Shown: piece after piece, positions 9,163 through 17,970 of the stretch
Layout: the number at the start of each line of letters is the position of its first letter
Numbering within the stretch: position 1 is the first letter of the stretch
Assembly: GCA_028408365.1 (NCBI GenBank)
Contig: JAOOLD010000001.1
Coordinates: 64,450-128,449 of the forward strand
Reading direction: 5' to 3'
DNA length: 64,000 nt
DNA from: Bacteroidota bacterium
Lineage (GTDB): Bacteria; Bacteroidota; Bacteroidia; Flavobacteriales; BACL11
Program-made: the position numbers and the translations under genes
The notes under the pieces: generated by a model
The model's database searches: none
The model's input: the letters and a program-made list of their open reading frames with translations, nothing else
Told to the model about the DNA's origin: nothing

Positions 9163-10440
9163 ATGTTAAGACTACTGATATTATTTGTATTTGCAGTATG
9201 TATTGAAAGTCAATCTCAATGCTTAAGCACGGATTCGACATATAGTACAAACGTAAATTATACTAATGCCAAAGTAAATTGGGAAAAAGTTGATTCAGCA
9301 ATCTTTTACAGAGTAAGGTACAAAGATGTAAATGCAAGTACTTGGAGCTTTCAAAATAACATTGATTCTTCAGAAATAAATAAACTATTAATTGGACTAA
9401 CACCTCAAACGCAATATGTATGGCAAATAAAATCATATTGTGACAGTCTATCAAATACATCTTCACTATGGTCTACAACAGATAGTTTTTTTACTGAAAA
9501 TATAACACTAGCATACCCTACAAGCATTTACGCTAACAACATAACTTTTTACAATGCACAAGTCAACTGGACTGGAGCAAATAATACAGACCGCTTCAAA
9601 ATCAGATATAGAATATTCGGAACAACCACATGGAATTATCTTTCCAATATAGCAGGTTTTGTCTCAAGCACACAATTACCACAACTAAACCAACTAACTT
9701 TATATGAGTGGTCAATAATGTCATATTATGACACTACAAATCTGCTCGGTTCCCTTTGGTCACCGATTGATACATTTACCACAGCTCAGTTTATTCCGGC
9801 ACCTTTTTTTCCTGTAATAAACACTTCAATTAGCTCAAATTTATGTGGAGAAAAAGTAGATTTATTTGTATCAATCAGTCAATCAGCTAATCAACCGGAC
9901 ATAGAGCAATCGGTTGTTACAACGAACGAAGGACAATTTGATATTGGAGGCTTATCAATTGGTGATACAGTTGGTTATGCAGATGTTTACTTATCAAATT
10001 TATCAGCTACGGCTACATTAAAAGTGGGAATTGTTTTTGGCCAAAACTATGCTTTTATTAACGCTGTAGATAGTTTAGGGGGGTTAATTGGCTTTTTTTC
10101 AATTGAAAATGAAACAAATGGGGTTAAAATCACTTCCACATCCCCACCAGATGGCAATAATTACACAAGCGGTTTAACAACTGATATTACTTTTAATGAA
10201 ATTTTTATAAATCCAAACTTTTATACAAACCTTATAATAACTACAAATATAGAGTCTGAACTTCAAGACCAAATTATGATTAAGGACACAATACAAATAA
10301 ACTGTCCGTCATCAACTTTTGAAATAATTAATGATAAAAAAACAATAGGGTGTTTTAATTTACTAGGAAAAAATGTAAAAAGAAAAAAATACTCTTTTAG
10401 GTTTCTAAACAATCAAAAAAAAATAATAATTTATGAATAA
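9163..10440 (+). CDS. Secreted protein with two tandem FN3-like repeats
   Basis: It has a signal peptide (MLRLLILFVFAVCIESQSQ). Two repeats of about 95 aa share the pattern N-A-(K/Q)-V-N-W ... (F/Y)-(R/K)-(V/I)-R-Y-(K/R) ... T-W ... Y-x-W-x-I-x-S-Y ... S-L-W-S ... F-(F/T)-T. It overlaps galE by 8 nt. Confidence 0.65.
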   Translation: MLRLLILFVFAVCIESQSQCLSTDSTYSTNVNYTNAKVNWEKVDSAIFYRVRYKDVNASTWSFQNNIDSSEINKLLIGLTPQTQYVWQIKSYCDSLSNTSSLWSTTDSFFTENITLAYPTSIYANNITFYNAQVNWTGANNTDRFKIRYRIFGTTTWNYLSNIAGFVSSTQLPQLNQLTLYEWSIMSYYDTTNLLGSLWSPIDTFTTAQFIPAPFFPVINTSISSNLCGEKVDLFVSISQSANQPDIEQSVVTTNEGQFDIGGLSIGDTVGYADVYLSNLSATATLKVGIVFGQNYAFINAVDSLGGLIGFFSIENETNGVKITSTSPPDGNNYTSGLTTDITFNEIFINPNFYTNLIITTNIESELQDQIMIKDTIQINCPSSTFEIINDKKTIGCFNLLGKNVKRKKYSFRFLNNQKKIIIYE

Positions 10441-11425
10441 AGTAATTGTCACTGGTGGCGCAGGATATATAGGTTCACATACTTGTCTTAAACTAATAGA
10501 ATTAGGTTACGAACCTCTTATAATAGACAATCTTTCTAATACAAGTATTGAAAATATAAAGGGGGTTGAAAGCATTACAAATAAAAAATTAAATTTTTAT
10601 GAATTAGACTGCTGTAGTGCTCAAAAGCTTGACATGATCATAAAAAAAGAAAATGGTATAATTGGAGCTATTCATTTTGCAGCATATAAATCAGTTGAAG
10701 AATCAGTAAGAGAGCCTGAAAAATTCTTTTACAACAATTTAAAGTCACTTGAGTCTTTAATTGATGTTATGATTAATCAGAATTTAAATAATTTGATTTT
10801 TTCTTCTTCTTGCACTGTTTATGGTAGTCCAGATAGTTTACCTGTAGATGAAAATGCTCCTTTCAAAAAAGCAGAATCTCCGTATGGAGAAACAAAACAA
10901 CTCTGCGAAAAAATCATTGAAAAATCAACGCTATTTAGTGTTTGTCTTAGATATTTTAATCCAATCGGTTCGCACAATAGCGGATTAATTGGTGACAGAT
11001 CTGCTGATAAGCCAGCAAATTTAGTACCAATAATATGCGAAGTAGCCTATGGAAAAAGAGAGAAATTAATAATTAATGGCAATGATTATAATACAAAAGA
11101 TGGGACTTGTGTTAGAGATTATATTCATGTTGAGGATTTGGCACTAGCACACATAAACGCGCTTGAGTACTGTATCAAAAATAAGAGTAAGAGTATATTT
11201 AACATAGGTACTGGCCAAGGTTTATCAGTAGCTGAAACTGTTAGGATTTTTGAGGAATGTAATAATATTAAAGTAAATTTAGAGTATGGGCCCAGACGAA
11301 CTGGTGATGTCGCTGAAATATACTCTGACACTAAAAAATCTAGTAAATATCTAAAGTGGAAATCAGAAAAATCCATTTCAGATGCATTAAAAAGTGCTTG
11401 GAACTGGGAGCTAAATAAAACTTAA
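10433..11425 (+). CDS. galE: UDP-glucose (or UDP-GlcNAc) 4-epimerase
   Basis: 330 aa SDR with VIVTGGAGYIGSH, a catalytic S...Y-G-x-x-K block (SPYGETK) and RYFNPIG. Confidence 0.85.
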   Translation: MNKVIVTGGAGYIGSHTCLKLIELGYEPLIIDNLSNTSIENIKGVESITNKKLNFYELDCCSAQKLDMIIKKENGIIGAIHFAAYKSVEESVREPEKFFYNNLKSLESLIDVMINQNLNNLIFSSSCTVYGSPDSLPVDENAPFKKAESPYGETKQLCEKIIEKSTLFSVCLRYFNPIGSHNSGLIGDRSADKPANLVPIICEVAYGKREKLIINGNDYNTKDGTCVRDYIHVEDLALAHINALEYCIKNKSKSIFNIGTGQGLSVAETVRIFEECNNIKVNLEYGPRRTGDVAEIYSDTKKSSKYLKWKSEKSISDALKSAWNWELNKT

Positions 11426-11467
11426 ATGAGTCTTATAAGTTTACTACCTTAGTAAATCATCTTCTCA

Positions 11468-12073
11468 ATGAAAAACATTAAAGAACATAGCTACAAAATT
11501 TCAAAAAAAGACAGAGAAAATTTACACAATCATAGTTCTGCTCTTATTTGGTTTACTGGCCTATCTGGCTCGGGCAAGTCGACACTTGCAAATTTACTTG
11601 AACAAGAGCTACATAATCTAAAAATATCTACTTTTGCATTGGATGGTGATAACATAAGGCATGGCCTAAATAAAGATTTGGGCTTTTCATCAGATGATAG
11701 AAGTGAGAATATAAGAAGAATTGGAGAGGTCGCAAAATTATTGACACACGCAGGAATACTAACTATTGCGGCTTTTGTATCACCATTTAAAAAAGATAGA
11801 GAAATAGTAAAAAATATAGTTGGTTCAGATCATTTTATCGAAATCTATGTAAATGCTAGTCTTGCTGAGTGCGAAAAAAGGGATACTAAAGGGTTGTACA
11901 AAAAAGCTAGAAATGGTGAGATAAAAAATATGACAGGTATTTCTTCTGCATATGAAGCGCCAGAAAATCCAACTTTAGAAATTGATACAAACAAGGAAAC
12001 AATTGATGAATCAATGCAAAAAATCAAAAAATGCATAATAAAAAAGCTTAAATATGGTAAATTATATAATTGA
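11468..12073 (+). CDS. cysC: Adenylyl-sulfate (APS) kinase
   Basis: 201 aa with the P-loop [14 protein letters not shown], plus [17 protein letters not shown] and FVSPF motifs. Confidence 0.9.
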   Translation: MKNIKEHSYKISKKDRENLHNHSSALIWFTGLSGSGKSTLANLLEQELHNLKISTFALDGDNIRHGLNKDLGFSSDDRSENIRRIGEVAKLLTHAGILTIAAFVSPFKKDREIVKNIVGSDHFIEIYVNASLAECEKRDTKGLYKKARNGEIKNMTGISSAYEAPENPTLEIDTNKETIDESMQKIKKCIIKKLKYGKLYN

Positions 12074-12959
12074 TCATCTCAAAGAGTTAGAATCAGAAGC
12101 TATTTTTGTTATTAGAGAAATTGCTTCACAATTTGAAAATCCTGCATTACTATTTTCTGGAGGAAAAGATTCGATTATACTTACTCACTTAGCAAAAAAA
12201 GCATTCTATCCTGCCAAAATACCATTTCCGCTAATTCATATTGACACAGGTCATAACTTCCCCGAAACCATAAAATTTAGAGATGATTTAGTTAATGGAC
12301 TTGGAGTTAATTTAATTGTCGGCTTAGTGCAAGAAAGCATAGATAAGGGGCTTGTCAAAGAAGAAACTGGAGTAGATGCGTCAAGAAATTCTCTTCAAAT
12401 AGCTACACTTCTTGAAACATTGGAGGTTAACAAAATTGATGGTGCAATGGGAGGCGCAAGACGGGATGAGGAAAAAGCCAGAGCCAAAGAAAGATTTTTT
12501 TCTCATAGAGATGAATTTGGTCAATGGGATCCAAAAAATCAAAGACCAGAATTGTGGAATTTATTTAACGGAAGAAAAAACTATGGAGAACACTTTAGGA
12601 TTTTTCCAATTTCTAACTGGACAGAAATGGATGTGTGGGAATACATAAAGTTAGAAAAAATAGAACTGCCAAGTCTTTATTTTTCTCATCAAAGAGAATG
12701 TATAATCAGAGACAATATTATCCTTGCGAATTCAAATTTTATTCAGCTTAAAGATAATGAAGAGGTCAAAAAATTAACTGTGAGATTTAGAACATGCGGA
12801 GATATGCCAATCACTGGAGCAGTAGAATCAAAAGCAAATAATATTGACGATATAATAAAAGAAGTTGCTACTACGAGAACTACAGAAAGAGGAGGAAGAG
12901 CCGATGACAAAAGAGCTGAAACAGCCATGGAGGACAGAAAAAAACAAGGGTATTTTTAA
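12054..12959 (+). CDS. cysD: Sulfate adenylyltransferase subunit 2
   Basis: 301 aa with the PAPS-reductase-like fold motif LFSGGKDS, plus [14 protein letters not shown] and a C-terminal EDRKKQGYF. Confidence 0.93.
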   Translation: MVNYIIDHLKELESEAIFVIREIASQFENPALLFSGGKDSIILTHLAKKAFYPAKIPFPLIHIDTGHNFPETIKFRDDLVNGLGVNLIVGLVQESIDKGLVKEETGVDASRNSLQIATLLETLEVNKIDGAMGGARRDEEKARAKERFFSHRDEFGQWDPKNQRPELWNLFNGRKNYGEHFRIFPISNWTEMDVWEYIKLEKIELPSLYFSHQRECIIRDNIILANSNFIQLKDNEEVKKLTVRFRTCGDMPITGAVESKANNIDDIIKEVATTRTTERGGRADDKRAETAMEDRKKQGYF

Positions 12960-14221
12960 TGAATAGAAACAAAAAAGAATTATTAAGATTTACTACAGCA
13001 GGTAGTGTTGATGATGGTAAGAGTACATTAATTGGAAGACTTTTGTATGACAGTAAATCAATTTTTCAAGATCAACTAGATGCTGTTGAACGCACCAGTA
13101 AAAATAAAGGATTTGACTACGTAGATTTATCATTACTAACAGATGGGTTAAGGTCTGAAAGAGAGCAAGGCATTACAATAGATGTTGCATATAGATACTT
13201 TGCAACTCCTAAAAGAAAGTTTATCATAGCCGACACACCAGGGCATATTCAATATACTCGTAATATGGTGACCGGAGCCTCTACGGCCAACTTAGCAATC
13301 ATACTTATAGATGCAAGGAAAGGAATGCTTGAACAAACTCATAGACACTCATTTATAGCTTCACTTTTAGGTATTCCTCATGCAATTGTATGTATAAACA
13401 AAATGGACCTTGTAAATTATGATAAAAAAGTATATGACAAAATAGTAAGTGATTTCAAAGCTTTTTCATCAAAACTAGAAGTAAGAGATGTTCAATTTAT
13501 TCCGATTTCAGCATTAAATGGTGACAACGTAGTAAATAGGTCAAAAAATATGACTTGGTATGAGGGGAGCACTTTGCTATATCATTTAGAAAATGTACAT
13601 ATTTCTAGCGACTATAACCAAATTGATTGTAGATTTCCTGTTCAAACAGTAATTAGACCACATACTAAAGAACATCAAGACTATCGTGGTTTTGCTGGAA
13701 GAATTGATGGTGGAATATTTAAAGTTGGTGATAAAATAAAAACATTGCCAACTGGATTCACATCAAAAATAAAAAGCATCTGCTCGCACAATACAGAACT
13801 AAATGAGGCTTACACACCCATGTCAGTGAACATAGTACTTGAAGACGAAATTGATATTAGTAGAGGTGATATGATAGTGCGAGAAAATAATATACCGAAC
13901 GTTAGTCAGGACATTGAATTATTAGTTACTTGGATGAATCAGAATCCCTTGGCCAGCAGAAAAAAAGTTATAATTAAGCATACAACAAATGAATGTGTTG
14001 GACTTGTCAGAGAGTTAAAATATAAAATTGATATTAACACTCTTCACAGAATTGAAAATGTAGAATCTATACAAATGAATGACATTGCTAGAATATCAAT
14101 TAGAACCTCAAAGCCTCTATTTTTTGATAGCTACAAAAAAAATAGAAGAACTGGAAGTTTAATCTTAATAGATGAACAAACTAATGAAACTATTGGAGCA
14201 GGAATGATAATTAACAAATAA
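12959..14221 (+). CDS. cysN: Sulfate adenylyltransferase subunit 1 (GTPase), not fused to an APS kinase
   Basis: 420 aa with GTPase motifs GSVDDGKST, DTPGH and NKMD. TAATG 1-nt overlap with cysD. Confidence 0.93.
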   Translation: MNRNKKELLRFTTAGSVDDGKSTLIGRLLYDSKSIFQDQLDAVERTSKNKGFDYVDLSLLTDGLRSEREQGITIDVAYRYFATPKRKFIIADTPGHIQYTRNMVTGASTANLAIILIDARKGMLEQTHRHSFIASLLGIPHAIVCINKMDLVNYDKKVYDKIVSDFKAFSSKLEVRDVQFIPISALNGDNVVNRSKNMTWYEGSTLLYHLENVHISSDYNQIDCRFPVQTVIRPHTKEHQDYRGFAGRIDGGIFKVGDKIKTLPTGFTSKIKSICSHNTELNEAYTPMSVNIVLEDEIDISRGDMIVRENNIPNVSQDIELLVTWMNQNPLASRKKVIIKHTTNECVGLVRELKYKIDINTLHRIENVESIQMNDIARISIRTSKPLFFDSYKKNRRTGSLILIDEQTNETIGAGMIINK

Positions 14222-14227
14222 TCTTAA

Positions 14228-15277
14228 ATGAAATCAATCTTAATAACTGGTGGCGCAGGGTTTATTGGATCACATGTAGCCAGACTATTTGTGAAAAAGT
14301 ATCCAGAATACAAAATTTATAATTTAGATAAACTCACATATGCTGGCAATCTTGAAAACATTTCAGATATAGAAGATTTCAAAAATTACAGGTTCATCAA
14401 AGGTGATATCTGTGACACTGACCTCTTATTAAGAGTCTTTAATAAATATAAATTTGACAGCATTATCCATTTAGCAGCAGAGTCACATGTTGATAGGTCT
14501 ATTACAAACCCTTTAGATTTTGTAAATACTAACGTGATTGGTACTGTTAATTTATTAAATCAGTTCAAAGAAACACATAAAAATAATTTTGATGGAAAAC
14601 TGTTTTATCATGTAAGTACAGATGAAGTTTATGGTTCACTTGGAGAAAGTGGATTTTTCACTGAAGAAACTTCATATGATCCAAATTCTCCATACTCAGC
14701 TTCAAAAGCCAGCTCTGATCATTTTGTAAGAGCATATGGAGAAACGTACGGACTTCCATATATAATATCAAATTGTTCAAATAATTATGGCCCACATCAA
14801 TTTCCAGAAAAACTTTTACCATTGTTTATTCATAATATAATAAATAGCCGTCCCTTACCTGTCTATGGTGATGGTACTTATACAAGGGACTGGCTTTATG
14901 TAAAAGATCACGCTTGCGCAATAGATATTTTATTTCACTCAAATAAAATAGGCCACACATACAATATTGGGGGCTTCAATGAGTGGAAAAATATAGATTT
15001 AGTTAAAGAGCTCTGTGCTCAGATGGACATAAAGCTGAAGAAAAAAGAAAGTAGTTCTGAAAGTCTTATTGAATTTGTGAAGGATCGTCCTGGTCATGAT
15101 TTAAGATATGCTATTGATGCTTCAAAAATTAAAAAAGATTTAAATTGGAAACCATCTGTTAATTTTAAAAAAGGATTAAGTTTGACTATAGATTGGTATT
15201 TAAATAATAAAAATTGGCTGAAGAATGTTACATCTGGTGAATACAGAAATTATTATAAAAAGCAATACTCAGCATGA
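14228..15277 (+). CDS. rfbB: dTDP-glucose 4,6-dehydratase
   Basis: 349 aa with ILITGGAGFIGSH, HVSTDEVYG, SPYSASKASSD and RPGHDLRYAID. Confidence 0.92.
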   Translation: MKSILITGGAGFIGSHVARLFVKKYPEYKIYNLDKLTYAGNLENISDIEDFKNYRFIKGDICDTDLLLRVFNKYKFDSIIHLAAESHVDRSITNPLDFVNTNVIGTVNLLNQFKETHKNNFDGKLFYHVSTDEVYGSLGESGFFTEETSYDPNSPYSASKASSDHFVRAYGETYGLPYIISNCSNNYGPHQFPEKLLPLFIHNIINSRPLPVYGDGTYTRDWLYVKDHACAIDILFHSNKIGHTYNIGGFNEWKNIDLVKELCAQMDIKLKKKESSSESLIEFVKDRPGHDLRYAIDASKIKKDLNWKPSVNFKKGLSLTIDWYLNNKNWLKNVTSGEYRNYYKKQYSA

Positions 15278-16365
15278 TGTTAGTTGAGTTCGTTAGCGAA
15301 ATATTAAAAGAAAATAGTTTAGCAATGATCTTAGCTGGAATTTTTGGATCATATTTAGTCACATCACAATCACTTCCGTTCATTATTTACTTCAGCAAAG
15401 TAAAGAATCTTACAGCTAAAGTTGATGAAAGAAGCTCTCATACAAGTAATATACCTAATATTGGCGGAATTGGAATTATTGCTGGAATCTACATAGTTAC
15501 GCTATCCTTATCATTTTTCATATTGAATTACGAAGAATCAAAATTTATAATCGCCCTATTTATTTCACTGTTAATTTTATTATTTGTCGGTTTCAAAGAT
15601 GACATGCTAGGCCTATCTGCAATAGCGAAATTGTTAACTGAAATTGGTACTGCAACTGCATTCATTCTTTTAACTGATTGTAGATTGGACAATTTTTATG
15701 GATTATTTGGTATTTATGAACTCAACTACTTTGTTTCAATAATTTTATCAATTTTTATATTTGTTGTTACTATAAATTCATATAACCTAATAGATGGAAT
15801 AGATGGACTAGCTGGCGGTTATGGGATAATTGCGATGATTGCATTTTTATTTCTAAGCTTATCGGCAAATAATTTGGTTGGTTTGATATTGTGTGCAACT
15901 ATAATTGGTAGTCTCGCTGGATTTTTAAAGTTCAATTTAAGCAATAGCAAAAGGAAAATTTTTATGGGAGATACTGGATCTTTAGTAGTTGGATTTTTGA
16001 TTTCTGTGACTGCACTTATTACCTTAAGTTCAAACAATGATTATAGCCAAATTTCTAATAATATACCCGTTTTAGTTCTCTCTATCTTGTCTTTTCCATA
16101 TGTTGATACATTAAGGGTAATGGTAATTAGGAGAAAAAATAAGCAGAAATTCTTTAAACCTGACAAAAACCACATTCACCATAAATTGATAAATGCAGGT
16201 AAAAGCCACGTTTCTTCCTCAATAATAATTTTAGCGGTATATTTATCCTCTATATTGTTTTGTATACTATTTCATGAGATAAATATCACCATTCATTTTA
16301 TAATATCACTTTTATATTCTTTACTTAGCTTGTTAACTTTAGTTTTCATATTTGACAAAAAATGA
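15274..16365 (+). CDS. Polyprenyl-phosphate HexNAc-1-phosphate transferase (MraY/WecA family, initiating transferase)
   Basis: 363 aa polytopic membrane protein with FKDDMLGLS and NLIDGIDGLAGG motifs, as in WecA/WbpL/MraY. ATGA overlap with rfbB. Confidence 0.85.
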   Translation: MMLVEFVSEILKENSLAMILAGIFGSYLVTSQSLPFIIYFSKVKNLTAKVDERSSHTSNIPNIGGIGIIAGIYIVTLSLSFFILNYEESKFIIALFISLLILLFVGFKDDMLGLSAIAKLLTEIGTATAFILLTDCRLDNFYGLFGIYELNYFVSIILSIFIFVVTINSYNLIDGIDGLAGGYGIIAMIAFLFLSLSANNLVGLILCATIIGSLAGFLKFNLSNSKRKIFMGDTGSLVVGFLISVTALITLSSNNDYSQISNNIPVLVLSILSFPYVDTLRVMVIRRKNKQKFFKPDKNHIHHKLINAGKSHVSSSIIILAVYLSSILFCILFHEINITIHFIISLLYSLLSLLTLVFIFDKK

Positions 16366-16411
16366 ATGCATTTGTGATATTTTAGTTGAAAATTAAACTC
16401 ATTTATATATC

Positions 16412-17698
16412 ATGATTTCTAAAAAACTAGTAATTGGTGTGGTTGGGCTTGGTTACGTAGGATTACCATTGTCCATTGAATTTGCAAAAAAGTATAAAGT
16501 TTATGGCTATGATATAAATAAAAAAAGAGTAAATCAGCTAAAAAGAAATATTGACGATTCTAATGAAGTAACAAAAAGTGAATTGTCTAAGGTAAATGTA
16601 TGTGAATTTAAAAAATCTAACAAAGGACTAGTATTAAGTGACACAATTTCAATTTTAAAAAAATGTAACTTTTTTATAGTAACAGTTCCAACTCCTATTG
16701 ACCACAATAACGAGCCAGATTTAAAACATTTGATAAATGTGTCTATAAAATTAGGTCAAATAATTAAAAAAAATGACATTGTGGTATATGAAAGTACCGT
16801 TTTTCCTGGAGCTTCAGAGGAAGTATGTTTGCCTCTGCTAGAAAAAGAAAGTAAAATGAAACTAAACAAAGACTTTTTTTTAGGATACTCACCTGAGAGG
16901 ATTAATATAGGTGATAAGACACATACAATTACGAATATCAAAAAAATTGTTTCTGGCTCAAACATCAAAACCGCAAAATTTATACAAAAAGTTTATGAGA
17001 CGATTATATCCGCGGGGACATACTTAGCGCCAAGTATAAAAGTTGCTGAAGCTGCAAAAGTTATCGAAAACACGCAGAGGTTCATTAATATTTCCTACAT
17101 GAATGAGTTAGCTAAGATTTTTAGTTTACTAAATATTGATACACATTCAGTGCTTGAGGCTGCATCAACTAAATGGAATTTCCATTCATACATTCCTGGT
17201 CTAATTGGCGGTCACTGTATTGGGATTGATCATTTTTATTTAACAAAAAAAGCAAGGGAGGCTGGTTATGAATCTAAAATTATTAACTCATGTTGGGAAG
17301 TGAATAAGTCTATGGGCAATTTTATTGCTGATGAAGTGATTAAAGAATTAACGAATAACAATGTTAAAATCAAAAATTCAAAAATATTAATACTGGGATT
17401 TACTTTCAAAGAAAACTCCTCAGACGTAAGAAATTCTAATATAATTAGTATTGTTAATAGATTTAACCATTTCCAGATTAACACCTCTATCTTTGACCCC
17501 TTAGCCAATAAAAGTGATGTTAAAGCAAAGTATGGCATTACTCTTTTAGAAAGTTTAAAATCTAAAAAATTTGATGCGGTTGTTTTAGCTGTTGCTCACA
17601 GACAATTTAAGAATATTAAAATTGAAAATTTAACAAGTCCAAGCGGAGTTATTTATGATGTAAAGGGATATTTAAATAAGTATACTAAAAGACTTTGA
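16412..17698 (+). CDS. UDP-N-acetylhexosamine 6-dehydrogenase (TviB/WbpO/Cap5O-type nucleotide-sugar dehydrogenase)
   Basis: 428 aa with VVGLGYVGLPLSIEFAK, YGYDIN..R...L and the catalytic-Cys block GLIGGHCIGID. Confidence 0.85.
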   Translation: MISKKLVIGVVGLGYVGLPLSIEFAKKYKVYGYDINKKRVNQLKRNIDDSNEVTKSELSKVNVCEFKKSNKGLVLSDTISILKKCNFFIVTVPTPIDHNNEPDLKHLINVSIKLGQIIKKNDIVVYESTVFPGASEEVCLPLLEKESKMKLNKDFFLGYSPERINIGDKTHTITNIKKIVSGSNIKTAKFIQKVYETIISAGTYLAPSIKVAEAAKVIENTQRFINISYMNELAKIFSLLNIDTHSVLEAASTKWNFHSYIPGLIGGHCIGIDHFYLTKKAREAGYESKIINSCWEVNKSMGNFIADEVIKELTNNNVKIKNSKILILGFTFKENSSDVRNSNIISIVNRFNHFQINTSIFDPLANKSDVKAKYGITLLESLKSKKFDAVVLAVAHRQFKNIKIENLTSPSGVIYDVKGYLNKYTKRL

Positions 17699-17855
17699 TT
17701 GCCAAAAGATTTTTTTAAATATAATAGTGTATAATTAAACGAATACCTTTTTTGTAAAACTTAATAAACAATCAAAAATCTTATTAATCTAAATTAATTT
17801 TAAAATTCATTTATTTAAAATAGATTTTAATATTTTTACAGAAATGGCAATCTAG

Positions 17856-17883
17856 TAGGGTTTAAATTAATGAAACCTATTTG
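17856..17883 (+). terminator. Possible intrinsic terminator hairpin after the 16412-17698 gene
   Basis: TAGGGTTT (17856-17863) pairs with AAACCTA (17873-17879), giving a 7-bp stem with one bulged G and a 9-nt loop, followed by TTTG. The short T-run makes it weak. Confidence 0.25.
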
Positions 17884-17897
17884 AATTAAATTAATTT

Positions 17898-17920
17898 AGA
17901 GCAACTTCAATTGTTGCTCT
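17898..17920 (+). terminator. Second hairpin in the same spacer
   Basis: AGAGCAAC (17898-17905) and GTTGCTCT (17913-17920) form a perfect 8-bp stem with a 7-nt loop (TTCAATT). Only TT follows it. Confidence 0.3.
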
Positions 17921-17970
17921 TTAAAACAATTAATCATATTCAATTATGTGGTTGGCAAAAAATTAATTGA

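Larger units (their letters stand above)
17792..17968. repeat. Cluster of AATTAATT palindromes in the 272-bp spacer before ugd
   Basis: Perfect 8-bp palindromes lie at 17792-17799, 17889-17896 and 17961-17968. Copies matching 7 of 8 bases lie at 17865-17872 (AATTAATG) and 17928-17935 (AATTAATC). Confidence 0.5.

Noticed and set aside
10300-10440. A possible T9SS C-terminal sorting domain on the FN3 protein (C-terminal FNLLGKNV...KKIIIYE).
   Set aside because: It lacks the (Y/F)PNP start and the G.Y block seen in the two clear CTDs in this window (43.1-43.4 kb and 48.5-48.7 kb). The resemblance is too weak to call.
12412-12648. Same-strand alternative-frame ORFs inside cysD (12412-12648), gmd (21594-21929) and CapK-like (32726-32980). 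Also ORFs 1671-1940 and 2139-2351, which lie opposite gltX.
   Set aside because: They are embedded in well-supported CDSs, have no motifs and show no start-site context. They are most likely chance ORFs.
17699-17958. A 7-bp inverted repeat, TTGCCAA (17699-17705) and TTGGCAA (17952-17958), flanking the 272-bp spacer. It could mark a MITE-like insertion.
   Set aside because: Seven bp is too short to be significant. I saw no target-site duplication and no second copy of the element in the window.
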